From the NCBI RefSeq assembly GCF_009914755.1, contig NC_060926.1: 64,000 nt of DNA; one strand, written 5' to 3'. The notes beneath the pieces are model-generated. The model was not told the DNA's origin, searched no databases, and saw only the letters and a list, made by a program, of their open reading frames with translations. A program made the translations under genes and the position numbers. This DNA is from the human T2T-CHM13v2.0 reference genome, Homo sapiens. Positions 14,147 to 28,047 of the stretch are shown here, piece by piece. The first letter of the stretch is position 1; each line of letters starts with the position of its first letter.

Positions 14147-15189
14147 AAAGCAGCCAGGAGGAGGGCTGTACCCTGCAAAGCCACGGGACAGAGCAGCTGA
14201 AGGCCATTGGAGCCTACCTCTCACCTCAGCATGACTGGATGTGAGACATGGAGTCAAAGGAGATTATTTTGGAACTTTAAGATTTAATGACTGTCCTCTT
14301 GGATTTCAGACTTGCACCGGCCCTGAGTCCCTTTGTTTTGGCCAATTTCTCCCATTCAGAATGGGCGTATTTACTCAAAGCCTGTACCTGCATTGCGTCT
14401 AGGAAGTAACTAATTGGCTTTTGATTTTACAGGCTCAGAGGTGGAAAGGATTTGCTTTGTCTTAGATGACAGTTTGGACTTAGACTTTTGGTTTAATGCT
14501 GGAATGAGCTAAGATTTTGGGGGACTGTTGGAAAGGTATGATTGTGTTTTGAAATGTGAGGACATGAGATTTGTGAGGAGCCAGGGGTGGAATGATATGT
14601 TTTGGCTGTGTTTCCACTCAAATCTCATCTCAAATTGTAGTTCCCATAATCCCAACATGTGCTGAGAGGGATCTGGTGAGAGGTAATTGAATCATGGGGG
14701 CAGTTTCCCTCATACTATTCTTGTGATCTCACAAGATCTGATGCTTTTATAAGGGGCTTCTCCCTTCGCTCAGCTCTGTCATTCTCCTGCTGCCCTGTGA
14801 AGAGGTGCCTTCTGCCATGATTGTAAGTTTCCTGAGGCCTCCCCTACTATGCTGAACTGTGAGTCAATTAAACCTATTTCCTTTATAAATTACCCAGTTT
14901 GGGGCAGTTCTTTATAGCAGCATGAGAATAGACTAATATATTCCTGTAAAACAGACTTACAGTGAGCAACAGAATGAGTTAGGTGGCCCTGTAGTATCAA
15001 TTGTGTGGATCCGAGAACGAAGGAAACCATATTCATTGACTCATTGTAAGTTGCCCAGAGAAATTTTGGGAGGGTCTGTCTGGTAGAGGAAATAGTTGTG
15101 CAAATGGAGAGGTAGATTGATGGATGCTAAGAGTTTAGAACTAATCCTGGACGTCTAACCCCCTTCATCCCCTGCCCAGCAGCAGGTTC

Positions 15190-15680
15190 CGATACATCTA
15201 CCTCCTGGGAGGACGCAAATTGTCTTCATCTACACCACCACTACTGTAGTTCATACTATCATTTTAATCTATTCTCTACTCTGCAGCCAAAATGATCTCT
15301 TATGTATGGAAATCAAATGATACCATTTGCTTGCCTAAAATCTTTCAATAATTTTTCCTTTACTCTTAGGAAAAAGGCACAATCCTCTACACGATGGCAA
15401 AGTCCTGTGTGTCTGTACCTTTTTCCAGGTCTGGAAAGTCCTTTCCTCCCTCAATCCAGCTTTAGCTGCACTGATCTGTTTTCAGTTTCTAGAACACTCA
15501 TTGCTCTCTTTAACCTCTGGCCCTTGGCACATCCTGCACTTCATCCTCCTCTGCTCAGTAAGGGAAACTTTCTGTCCTCCAGACTGCTAAGGTCTCCCTA
15601 TGACATCCTGTGTCTTCTTTGCACTGGTTACAAGTTTCACTTACGAATTTGTGTGATTAGTGGATTAATCTTCTGATGCC
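15190..15680 (+). mobile_element. L2 fragment
   Basis: L2 3'-region motifs ctgcagccaaaatgatctctt...aaatcaaatgatacc...cttgcctaaaatctttcaata and ggcccttggcacatcctg. Confidence 0.6.
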
Positions 15681-15913
15681 CCAGGCACTTTCTCTTCACT
15701 CCCTGCCCTTAGTTTTGTACTTTATATAACTGCTTAGAAACCTTCTGTTATTTTTAGTCCTGGTCTCCTCTAGTTACATCATCCTAATGCTACAGCAGCC
15801 ACAATAAGAAAAGCAGGAAATGCTCTATGATGATGGGGTGGGGCAGCAAAGAGGAGGTTGAGTGGAAAAGCTCTCTCACTTGATATGACTTATTGTCTAA
15901 TATGGTTCTAAAC

Positions 15914-16105
15914 CAAAAGTTTGCAAACTCTGCAAAGGGCCAGAGAATAGATATTTTTGGTCTCAGAAACCATATGGTTTCTGTCACAACTACTCAATTT
16001 TGCTATTTAGCATGAAAACAACCATAGACAATATGTAGACATGTATGTGTGTTTGCAATTCAATATTACTTCATTTGCAGACAGGACAGATTTGACATAC
16101 CGGCT
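15914..16105 (+). mobile_element. MER58A (hAT-Charlie MITE)
   Basis: gcaaactctgcaaagggccaga...tctgtcacaactactcaa...ccatagacaatatgta matches recalled MER58A. Confidence 0.8.
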
Positions 16106-16126
16106 AATCACTGTTCCAAATCATTC

Positions 16127-16135
16127 ATTTCTTTC

Positions 16136-16180
<45 letters not shown>

Positions 16181-16200
16181 TTCTCCTTCCTTCCTTCCTT
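16127..16200. repeat. (CT)n/(CTTT)n/(CCTT)n microsatellite
   Basis: Seen directly. Confidence 0.9.
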
Positions 16201-16728
16201 TACCTCAATGCCAGTGGCCATAAATGGAGGAAAGAAGGAGAGAAGTACATTTGGCAAATTGTGTTCCACCATCACTGTTCTTTTCCTCCCTCCTCAGCTC
16301 ATCCCAGCTCAGCATGAACTCCACAGGAGTGAGAAGTCGGGGAGCAAGAAAGGAAGTGATGGGAGAAGGGAGAATAGACCCTGCCTTTATTTTTCTCCAC
16401 ACCCTGAACCCACATTCAAAGCCCTCAATCCTTTCTGTCACCTCATGTGACTTGTGCCAAATTCTCCCTGACCCTTCAGCTCAATATTAACGCCTCTGCA
16501 TGCCCTTCATCCTCGGATTCCTCCATTTCTCCCCATTCCTCCAGCCCTACTCTCCTGTAACATCTGCCACAGCAAATCAGCATCAATCACTGACCAAATT
16601 AGGACATCTGGTGAGAATGTGTGCTTCCGGCATTCTTAGGGTATTTCTGAATGCATTTTCCCCATACAGGAGTGGTTAGAGAATACAGTTAAATATGAAT
16701 AGAAATAGATTAACTAGATTTCTGTAAC

Positions 16729-17091
16729 TACTATGATTTGGCTCTGTGTCCCCACCCGAATCTCACCTTGGATTGTAATAATCCCCAAGTGTCAAGGGTG
16801 GGACCAGGTGGGAGTGAAAGTAATTGTCTTATGGGAGCAGTTCCCCCATGCTGTTCTCATGATAATGAGTGAATCTGATGAGATCTGATGGTTTTATAAG
16901 CATCTGGCATTTCCTCTGCTGGCACTCATTCTCTCTCCTGCTGACCTGTCAAGAGGTGACTTCTGCCATGATTGTAAGTTTCCTGAGGCCTCCCAGCAAT
17001 GTGGAACTATAAGTCAATTAAAGCTCTTTTCTTTATAAATTACCCAGTCTCAGGTATTTTCTTCATAGCAGTGTGGGAATGGACTAATCCA
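16729..17091 (+). mobile_element. Solo THE1 (THE1D-like) LTR
   Basis: tactatgatttggctctgtgtcccc...ggactaatcca. Perfect 5-bp TSD gtaac at 16724-16728 and 17092-17096. Confidence 0.92.
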
Positions 17092-18879
17092 GTAACCTAC
17101 CCCAGAAACTTTGTATTTCTATGGGAAAATGTAGTAGCTATTTGGAAATTCAAGTTAATGATTGCATATGAGCTTTTACAATACAACCATTTATAAGTTT
17201 AAAAACTACCTCATGATCTTATTTAAGCCAAGAATTGCTTAGTGTTGGACTCTTACGAGCGCACAAAAATAAGGTAATGAAGGCACTGACTGTTAGTTAT
17301 AAGTGGCCAAGGAAGGAGGACATCTCCAGGGGCTCTATAAACTGATTTTCCTCCTTCTCATTCCATGAAGGGTTGGTAAAACAACACAGAACAGATTATC
17401 AACTGATGCCTTAATTCCTGTTTCTTTTATTTTAACCTTTCTTTTATTTTCCCCTCTTGGAAGTAGTTTTTTTCTTATCCACATTGAATTTTCCTCCCAA
17501 AATTAATACCCTATGCTCACAACCTCTAAATAAATCAGCAACAGTTGGTGATAATATTGGTTTTTGGAGAGAAATAATGTTTGGCATGCATTGCAGTAGT
17601 TAGACAGATTGGAACCAGCTTAAGGACAGAGGGGGTAGTAAGGTGATTTTGAGTTGTAGTTATTGCCCTTCGGCGCACTTTGAGTAAATAGATCAGATGC
17701 TGGTTTCGAAGATTATTGATTTTAAGTGATTTTACCTGCACAGAGAATGGTGATTAGAATTCTAGCTGCCACACATTCAGGAGGAAAGTTTCTTAGGTTG
17801 TAATTGAAGAATATTGCCCTATCAAGTTTGAAATGTTTGCTTTTCTTTTTTTTTCTTTTTTAGTTTATAGCAGCTTATTTTTTCTACTGATTTATTTGTT
17901 TGTATATTTTCTTAATTTTCTTGGGTATTCTTTCTGATAGCAAGCTATTCCATTAGTAAACCATCAATGAATATTATTTAATAACCTTAATTTTCAAAGA
18001 AAGCAGCTTCTTACTAATTAGAGAAATATGAGGTCATTGATTAAGTGTTGTTTTCCAGAGACAGAAGAGGGAAGTCCACAATTAACAGTACTAAAGTGTC
18101 AGAGAAACAGTTAATTATGAGGATTAGATCATCAAAAATATTCAAGGTGACTTTACATATTTTAGGACTATTTATAATTTTGTATTTATGTCTGTTAAAT
18201 AATTAACTGCCTTCCAAAGCTGCAATAAAAAGTGCTGATGCAGGAAAAACCAGTAAGTTACCTGCTTCCTCCACAACCTATTATCTTCTGAAACTGAATG
18301 ATGGCATCTGTCTTTACTCCACCTGAGCTCACGTAAGTTGAGTTTTTATCCCTTCAACTCCTCATGCAATATATTGTGAACAGTGAACGAGATTTTGCAG
18401 TATCAGTGTGGCAGCCAAAGATCTTCCCTTTGCATCAGAAGATAATTTACAGAGATGGTGTTAAAGAACTTAAATAACCTTCTATTCCATCCTCCACCTT
18501 CTGGATGGGTTTCATATCAAACCAAAATCAAGACATGTGCAAAACTCAGCAGATCAGTTGCAATAACAGCAGTTCTTTTCATGGTCTTGCTCCCTGTGCT
18601 AAGACCATGAGGAGCTGCAATGAGCTAGAACACAGGACAGGCAATTAAATTATGAAATTGTGTTCTTGAAGAGAATACCACAAACAGTGTTTGTCTAACT
18701 GGAGTTATGTAGCTACTTTTTCTTATTTTTAGACCATTTTATCGAAGCATTACATACATAAAAGCTTTCCATTATTTTTTAAAAGTATTCAAAAATAAGC
18801 ATTTAAATGTCTGTTCTTCAAGAATATAATGAAGCAACTTTGAAGTCATGCTTAATCCACCATTCCTCCTTCGTATCAA

Positions 18880-19890
18880 TTTTTTAATGTATCAACTTTA
18901 TATTTACTTTCTATTTAAAATACTTTAAAAACTACAAAATAGTTGCAAAATCATATACTGATTCCTTGTATGCCACCTTTCCCTGTTGTTAACATCTTAT
19001 GTGAGAATAATAATACCTAATAATTATACCTAAATAATAATAATACCAAATAATATATATATTATAGATACCTAATAATAATACCTAATAATACCTAAAC
19101 CAGGACATCAGCATTGGTATAATACTATTAATATTCAGAACTTATTCAGATTTCACCAATTATCCCACTACTTTTGTTTTGTCTTGATTTTCCAGTCTAA
19201 GATTCACTCCAGAATCCCACATTGCATTTAGTTGTCATGCATTCTTAGTTTTCCCCAGTCTGGGACAGTTCTTCACTCTTTATCTCTTATGACCCTGACA
19301 GTTGTGAAGATCACCTCTCATTTATTTCACAGCACGTTTCTCAGTTGGAGTTTGTCTGATGTCTTTCTCATGATTAGATTGAGGTTACACTTTCTTGGCA
19401 ATAATAGCATCGAATCAGAAGTTACATGATATCAACATGTCTCATTACAGATTAATTTTGATCACTTTGTTTATGTTGTGTCTGGAGGATTTCTCCACCG
19501 TTAAGTGACAAATTTTCTCTTGTAATTAATACATATTATGTGTGAGGTTACTTTGAGACTATAAAAGCATCCTGTTTCTTATCATTCTTTTACTCCTTAA
19601 TTTTAGCAACTATCAGTGATTCTTACCCACAAAATTTATAAATGTGGTGATTTCCAAATAGTGATTATCTAGTTTTCATCAGTCTTACTATTTATTAATT
19701 TGAATATTACTGAAAGTAAGAATTGTCTCTTCTTTCCTATGTATTTATTTTTCCAACTATTTATATTGGCCCAGACTCATGGTCAGTTATTTTACTATAT
19801 GAGTTTTAATCCATTACTATCATTATGTTGTTGCTCAAGTTGTGCCAAATTTGGCCACTGGAAGTTTCTTCAGGATGGCTCCCAATGTTA
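18880..19890 (-). mobile_element. Old L1 3' end (L1MC-like)
   Basis: cacattgcatttagttgtcatg, gtttgtctgatgtctttctcatgattagattgaggtta and attttgatcactttgtt motifs of L1MC 3' UTRs. Confidence 0.7.
19005..19099. repeat. AT-rich degenerate tandem repeat (taataatacc)n
   Basis: Several taataatacc-like units seen directly inside the L1MC fragment. Confidence 0.8.
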
Positions 19891-19934
19891 ATTTTTTTTA
19901 AGAGGAAAACCATTATATTCTTATGAACACTAAT

Positions 19935-20462
19935 CTGGTTATTTAGTGCTATATACAAATAACCCCAAAATTTAGGGGTTAAAACAACACTGTATTTTCA
20001 TTCTTAATGCTTCTAAAGATTAGTAGGCTTGGTGATTCTCACTTATCCTTCAATCCGTTGCAGTCAGACAGCGGCTGAGACTGTGCTAAAGGTTTCTTTA
20101 GTTTGAAGCCTGGCTAAGAATGGTTGCAGCAGCTCTGAGGTTATTCAGGTCTTTTTTTCTCCACATAGTCCCTCCAAATGGCCAGGTAGGCTTGCTCATA
20201 TTACAGCAGGCTCAAAATAGTTGAGCATTTTGCATGGCGAATAGCTTCTCCCAGATCAGGAACTCTAAGGGACCTAGGTAAAAGCTACAAGGCTCCTGAT
20301 GTCCAAGCCTGAGATGTCATGCCATAGTCTATTGATCACAGTGGTTATGGGTCAGGGAATTCAAGGGTGGGAGGTGGGAGGACTGGCCTCTGACTTTCAT
20401 TGAGGAATTGCTTGCACAAAAAAGAGAAGAAATTCATGATGGCATCTTAGAGACAAACTAAA
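19935..20462 (-). mobile_element. MLT1G/H-like MaLR LTR
   Basis: acaaataaccccaaaatttaggggttaaaacaac start, gttgcagtcagac, aagctacaaggc and ctattgatcaca motifs. Confidence 0.6.
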
Positions 20463-22291
20463 ACATATACCTAGTGTTGATTTACATCCGTTTAATTTTA
20501 ATGCTACTTATAAGTCTACATACATAAAACTAAGGACATATTCTTTAGTTTACAATGTTAATGAATTATAAAGTAATAAAAATTAAATGCAACAAAGTTT
20601 TTAAAACCAATAAAATTCAAATTAACAATATTAATTAAATATGACAGTTGATGTTGCTTCATTGAAACCAAAATTCTGCTTAGGATGTGGTACTGAATGT
20701 TATAGGGAAGAAGGTTTTGAATCTGACACACTAAGACATTATCCTTTAATCAATTACAAAGCCTCTGTGTGTACCACACATTATGAAATCTTTTGTTGAT
20801 GGAGAAAGACAAAGACAAAGGACAGGAAATGTGACAAAGTTCGTGGCTGTGGAGGTTAATTGCTCTTTAGAGATTTTATGAAGGTTCCTTGGCATCTGAC
20901 AATTGTCTTTTGCATGATTCCATAATGAATTGGCTACTTGTATGTACTCATAAGGTGGCATATAATAGATACATGATCACCACTCTCAAGAAATCTGTAA
21001 TCTCTTTTTTGATAACATAAAGAAGTAGGAGCCTAAATGTTCTCTTAGAAATTGTTGAAGAATAAATACATTTTTTTCTGAATAAATATCTTTTGAAGAT
21101 AAATCAAAGACTGATCCCTGATAATGTTCTTCTGAGAACTGTGTCATCAGTTGGAGTCCCGTGCCATTAGAATGCAGCCCTTCTGCTCAGACAAATAAGC
21201 ACAACTGTTTCTGTCAGATGGCGAGCATCCAGCGCATCCAGAAATCACTGGAGCAGGTGTGTTTGTGGTAGATGCAAAAATAACTAGAGAAGAGCAAATG
21301 AGCACAAGCTCCTTCATGCTCTACTGAGTGCTATGAGAGAAGAAAATATAGAAATATCAAGAGAATGTCTTTCTGGCCATTCTTGGGGATGTGAGAATGG
21401 ATGAAGCAGAGTAGAAAGCACAGTATTGTGAGGGGATGGATTGGGAGCTGGGGTTCGCTGAATGCCAAACATCTAAATTGAAAAATAATAATTCAAAACA
21501 CAAATGCACATCATTTGTGGTTTGGAGATTTGGAACAACTATAAGGCAGCTGTTGTTCATAAATTGATCTCTCAATGACAGCAATAAAGAAAAGTGCTTT
21601 GACGTAAGTGGTCATCATCATGTGACTCTAGAAGAAAGATCAGTCCTGTGGGAAGCAGCCCTAAGACTCAGGTGGCTTTGGTGAGGAAGGGGACAGACAG
21701 GGAAAGGGCTGTTGTTTTTTCTCACTTCCATATAGACATGTCTTTCCCATTTCTGCCTGAACCTCTTTCCTCAGCTTTTTCTTGCTACCTGATTTAACTA
21801 TGTAGAGAAGCAGCACTGAGTTAAGGAAAGAGGGAAAAGAATGGCCTTTTTTTTTTTTTAAATCAGACCAACCTGTATTTAATCCAGCTTCTCTCCTTAT
21901 GTATGTTTGCAGGCTGCCTCATCTGCTGATATCCCAGTTTTGTCTGGTGCGAAGGTCTAATAATTCTGTCATAGGATTGTTTTGATATGGAAACTTACTA
22001 GTTCAGTGTTTGGTACATTGGAGATAAACATCATATAAAATATATCATTGTGATTTATAGTCAATAAAAGTTGGAATCACTCTCCTTTTTATAGACATTT
22101 TATCTTGAACTGAGATTCTACTTCCCACACTTTCCTTTAATCAAATAGACACAAATCTAAAATATATTCTTCATATGTATAATTTCAGGAAAATTCAGAC
22201 TTCTCTTAAAAAACTAAGTTTCAGATGAAATATATCTTAAAACTCAGGTATAAAGGATGTAAAGGTTTTAGGAGGAATTCAGAGGATAATT

Positions 22292-25200
22292 TTTATTATA
22301 AATTGATAGTTTATAATTATATAAATTGTACAAAGTGATGTTATGATTTATGAATACAATGTGGAATAATTAAATCAAGCCAGTTGACATATTCACTACC
22401 TCAAATACTTAAAAAGTTTTTGTGGTAAGAACATAGTATTTGAAATGTACAATATTATTAACTATATTCACCATGCTGTGCAAAAGGTCTGAAAAAGATC
22501 ATATTCCTTCTGTTTAACTGAGATTTTGTATCTATTGACCATTATTTTTCCATATCCCAAACCCCTGCCTCCATAATTGCCATTCTACTTTCTGTTTCTA
22601 TGGGTTCAATTGTTTTAGATTCCATGTGTAGGTGAGAATATGCAGTATTTTTGTCTTTCTGTGCCTCACTTATTTCACTTAGCATGATGCTCTCCAGTTC
22701 CATTCATATGATTGCAAATGACAGAATTTCTCTTTTGAAATATGAATAGTATTCCATTGTGTATGTATCCCACATTTTCTGTATCCATTCATCTTCTGGT
22801 GGACACTTAGGTTTACTTCATAACTTGGCTATTGTGAACAGTACTGCAATGAACATGGGAGTGTGGACATCTCTTCAATAAACTGATCTTAAGTCTTTTG
22901 GATAAATGCTCAGAAGTGGGATTGCTGGATCATACTCTAATTCTCTTTTTGTTTTTTTTTTTTTTTTTTGAGGAACCTCCTTACAGTTACCATAATAGCT
23001 GTAATACTATAATTTACCTTCCCACCAACAGTTCCCTTTTCTCGAGGTTCCCTTTTCTCGACATCCTTGCCAACACTTGTTATCTTTTATTTTTTTGAGA
23101 ATAGCCATTCTAATATGTGAGACGATACCTCACTGTGGTTTTAATTTGCATTTCCCTAATGATTAGTGATGTTGAGCATTTTTTCATTTATATGTTGGCC
23201 ATTTGTATATCTTCTTTTGAAAAATGTCTATTCATATCCCTTGCCCATTTTTTAATTTTTGTTTTTCTTGCTGTTGAGTTGTTTGAGCTCCTTATATATA
23301 TTGAATATTAACCCCTTCTCAGATATATGGTTTGCAAATATTTTTTCTTCATAGGTTGTCTCTGCACACTCTTAATTGTTTTCCTTGCTATGTAGAAGCT
23401 TTTTAGTTTTATGTAATCCTATTTGTCTCCTTCTGTTCTTGATGACTGCATTTTTGGGGTCAAATAAAAAAACAAACAAAAAATCATTGCCTAGATCAAT
23501 GTCATGTAGTTTTTTTGTTGTTATTTTTATTTTTCCCCTACATTTTCTTCAAGTAGTTTCACATTTTATGGTCTTATGTTTAAGTGTTTAATCCATTTAG
23601 AGTTGATTTTTGTATGTGTTGTGGGATTAAGGTCCACTTTCATTCTTCTGCATATAGATACCCAGTATTCCCAATACCATTTAAGGGATTGTCCTTTTTA
23701 CTATTACATATTCTTAGGCACTTTTATAAAAAATCAATTGACCATACGTATATGGGTTCATTTATGGACTCTCTATTTTGTTCCGTTGGTTAATGTGTCT
23801 TTCTTTTTTCTGCCAGAAGCATTCTGTTTTAATTACTATAGCTCCATAGTAAAACTTGATATCAGGTAATGTTATACCTCCAGCTGTTTTTTGTTTGTTT
23901 TTTTGTTTTTTTATCATGATTGTATTGGCTATTCAAGACTTTTGTTGTTGTTGTTGCTCCATATGAATTTTAGGGTTTTTTTCTATGCCTATATGAAATG
24001 ACATTGACATTTTAATAGAGATAAAATTAGTATTGAATTGGCATTGAATTGGTAGATTACTTTGGGTAGTGTGGACATTTTAACAATATTCTTTCAATCC
24101 ATGAGCATGGAATATATTTTAATTTGTATATTCTTGAATGTCTTTCATCAATGTTTTATAGCTTTTTAGTGTACCGTTCTTTCACCTTCTTGGTTAAACT
24201 TATTCCCAAATTTATTTATTTTTTGTAGCTATTGCAAATGAGATTGTCCTCTTGATTTTTTTTTCCCAGACAGTTTATTGTTAGTAAACAGAAACACTAC
24301 TGACTTTTTGTGTTGATTTTGTATCCTGAAACTTTTTGTATTTGTTAATTAGTTCTAACAGGGGTTTTTTTTTGGTATATTTTGTAGGATTTTTCATATA
24401 TAAGAAAGATTATGTCATTAGCAAACAGTGACAATTTTACTTCTTTCTTTCCTATGTCGATGCCTTTTATTTATTTATCTTGCCTAATTGTTCTGACAAG
24501 GACTTCCAGTACTGTGTTACATAGAAGTTGCTAGTATGGGCATCCTTGCCTTGTTCTAAATCTTGAGGTAAGGTTTAAATTTTTCACTGTTGAATATAAT
24601 ATTAGCTGTGGGCTTCTCATATATGGCCTTTATTGTGTGTAGATGCATTCCTTCTATACCTAATTTGGTGAGAAGATTTTGTTTTGTTTTGTTTTGTTTT
24701 ATCGTGAAACTATGCTGAATTTGTCAATTTTTTTATACCTAAAGAGATGATCATATGGTTTTTATTATTCATTCTGTTTAATGTAATGTGTCATGTTTAT
24801 TGATTTGCATACGGTAAACCATCCTTGTATCCCAGGGCTAAATCCCAGGTAGTAATGGTGGATGGTCTTTTTAATGGTTGTTGAATTCAGTTTGCAAGTT
24901 TTTTTCTTGGGAATTTTCCCCCTTTGTTCATTAAGGATACTGGCCTGTAATTTTACTTTCTTCTAAAGCCTTGTCTAACTTTGATATCAGGATAATGCTG
25001 CCACATAAAAAGAATTTCGAAGTATTCCCTTCTGTTTTTTTTTTTTGTTTTTTGTTTTTTGCATGAGTTTGATTTTTTTGCAGGTTTGTTTTATTTTTTT
25101 GCAAGAGTTTTGTGTTTTTTTGTTGTTTTTGTTTTTGTTTTTGTTTTGATTGACTTTTTTGCAAGGAATGGTATTAGTTCTTTAAATTTTGGTAGGATTC

Positions 25201-25440
25201 AGCTGTGAAGACATCAGGTCCTTGGCTTTTCTGTGATGGGAGACTTTTTATTACTGACTGAATCTCCTTAGTCCTTATTAGTCTGTTCAAATTTTCTGTT
25301 TCTTCATGATTCAGTCTTAGTGAGTGATATGTGTCTGAGAATCTATTCTTTTTTTCTAGGTTATAGTTTGTTGACATATAATTGTTTATAGTAATTGCTT
25401 ATTATCATTTGTGTTTCTGTTGTATCATTTGTAATGTCTG
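22292..25440 (-). mobile_element. 5'-truncated L1MA-type LINE (about 3.1 kb)
   Basis: L1MA 3' UTR plus decayed ORF2 (RLNHEETENLNRLI...SLPSQKSQGPDVFTAESYQ at 25174-25377). Probable TSD agaggataatt 22281-22291 and agaggagaatt 25441-25451. Confidence 0.88.
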
Positions 25441-25479
25441 AGAGGAGAATTGTTTCAGTAATTAAAGTATTAGCCTGAA

Positions 25480-25676
25480 CAGGGTTTTTCAACATAGGCA
25501 TTATTGGTGTTTGGGGCAGGATGACTCTTGCTGTGCATGACCGTTCTGTGCCAATGCAGGATGTTTAGACTTTGTCCCCAGATACTGCCACTCAGTCATT
25601 TTAACAACCATGGCCCTACTTCTTGTTTTAAAATTCTGCTTAAAGGAGTGCAATTACTTTCAGTTGAGAATGTCTG
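25480..25676 (-). mobile_element. MER20 (hAT-Charlie)
   Basis: cagggtttttcaacataggcattattg...ctgtgccaatgcaggatgtttag...cagttgagaatgtctg, with TIR-like ends. Confidence 0.75.
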
Positions 25677-25987
25677 CACTAAAAGACATGTTTATTTGTT
25701 TTAGAAGAGAGCACATTTCCATATGTAGGCTGAGAACATGCTACAGTGTACAAATACCACACATTTATTCTTAAAAATGGTAGAAAATATAATTTAACGA
25801 ATGCATAACTTCATTCTTTTACAATGCACTGAAGCCCTTTGTGGACCAGAAATTGCTAACAAGAAGCATTAGAGGTGTGAAGGAAGCACTAATCTCAAAT
25901 ACACATGTTGAGTTCTTTGAAATGGCCTAAAAAAATAACATTCCTTTGTTATTTCTGAATGGAGAGAAAAAGGACAATGGTCTAAGA

Positions 25988-26229
25988 CAGGAGCTCCCAA
26001 CACCTGGGCCACTGACCAGTATTGGCCGCATTAGATTCTCACAGGAGAGCAAATCCTATTGTCAGCTGCACATGAGAGGGATCTAGGTTGCAGGCTTCTT
26101 ATGAGAATCTAACTAATGCCTGATAATCTGAGGTGGAACAGTTTCATCCCGAAGCCACTCCCCCATATCTGTGGAAAAATTGTCTTCCACAAAACTGGTC
26201 TCTAGTGCCAAAAAAGTTGGGGACCACTG
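25988..26229 (+). mobile_element. MER1B-like hAT MITE, internally deleted
   Basis: TIRs caggagctcccaac and gttggggaccactg. Internal gcattagattctcacaggag. Perfect 8-bp TSD gtctaaga at 25980-25987 and 26230-26237. Confidence 0.9.
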
Positions 26230-28047
26230 GTCTAAGACACAGGGAGTTAAATATTTCAGATATTAAGCTCATGTTGAATAATGTGGCTTACAAGTGAGAA
26301 CAAATGAGTTTTCTAATATGAGAATAAGACAAACTTACCACCCAATCATGGAAGCATCAGACTGTACAGGCCTTTCCACATTTACAGATGTGTTTGCTGC
26401 CTGCATAACATTCATAGTAGAGATGAAAAAAGGAGAACTTATAATTTCTGCAGGCTGGCCCACTTTTAAGTGACAAAAAAAGATGCTGCTTTATATGTGA
26501 CTACATTCTTACAAATAGCCCCGATCGATTTTCTCCCATCCACGGGAGGAATAAGTGGACACAAACCGGGAGTGTTAGAGCTAGTGCAGCTTCCTTCATT
26601 TGGAGGAGATATCACCAGTTTGGACGAACCATTTTCTCTCATTATGACATAGAAATGAACTCCTAAAACAAGGGTGCACCATGCCTGGAAGGGGTGGATA
26701 TAAGGAATAGAAAGAGCATGATGATGGTCTAAGGGCAAATAAAAGGGTGGTTAGTCAACATTAACAGAACAGAAACATATAGGCTGGCCCTTGCATATCC
26801 TCTGCATTCCCACCTAGGTCAAGTGGCAGTGATGAGGGGATATATATGTATGTTATCAAAGGGAGCCTGATATCTGGTAACTTATAAGAATAAGACAAGT
26901 TGGTGATACCTAAGTAGAATATGGAGCTCCCTGTACAGAGAGTGACTCTAGAATCTTCTTTAACTATACATTCAGCTACCCAACACCCTCCCTTCTTCTG
27001 AAAACAGGCTTGAATGGAACCAGAGGAAGCTACTTCTTGCCTTCCCTAACCCTATAGTGAGGCATAGCATATAAATTGATATATCAAATAATCTAATGGC
27101 AAATCTTAATCTTAACTGTAAACAGAAGCAAATGTTGTTAGCCATCAAACATTTAAGAAAATGCAGTATCACCAAGCAAGGAAGAAAACTGAATAAATGG
27201 AAGAAACTATTCCCAAGAAGAGAGGTTAATCGAGGAAGTACATTCAGAATAAAACACATTTTGACATTAACTTTCTTATTAAGCACTTTGGTTACATGAA
27301 AATAATTGCATAGTACCTTCAGAGACATAAGGAAAAAAATAATTTATAAGCTAGAAATTTATGGCAAACCCACACTATGCATTTGTGAGGAGAAAAAAAT
27401 AGATATACAAAAACATATGATGCTTTCTAGACATAGACATAGACGTCTCTGAAAGAATTGAAAGATGTGCTTCAGAACAAAGAAACATAATTTGAGAAAA
27501 AGAAATGGGGTGTGAGAGACCATGCTACTTGGTCACATGCTCAATCAAACTAAGAGTGAGAGAGAGAGAGAGAATATGAATTAATATGGTATTAAAGAAA
27601 TAATGACTGTGACCAAGAAGAGCAATTAAAGAAAGAAAAATAGCTGAGCATTTTTCTTTTTTAGACTCTAACCTAGATAAAAGCTGAAGGAAAGAGCAGG
27701 TATGTAGATTCCATGAACTAGATAGTATGTGAGTTTAGAAAACAACTTTAGGATGTGAGCAATTCAGCTGATGAAAAAAGAAAAAGGAAAAGAAAGGATA
27801 AGAGACATTTTTTAAAAAGCTCAGCACACATATATATGAACAGACACACACACACATATATACACACCCATATATTTATTTAAAAAATATTTGCACCCAC
27901 TTTGATGACATGTCAAGGTTGCTTGTTGTGGTGGGGGAATAGGGGAGGGAGCTTGCCCTTTTATTTTTGTGAGAGGCTAGGGTGCTATTGGCTGCTTCAG
28001 GGCCTCCTATGTCTTCCCTTATCCTCTTTACTTTTGTTTCGAGAGCA

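Noticed and set aside
15302-16490. 124-aa and 133-aa ORFs
   Set aside because: They overlap L2, MER58A and a CT microsatellite and give low-complexity translations.
17535-17741. Minus-strand 68-aa ORF with an acceptor-like ttctctgtgcag
   Set aside because: Non-ATG start, no recognisable homology and no supporting exon structure.
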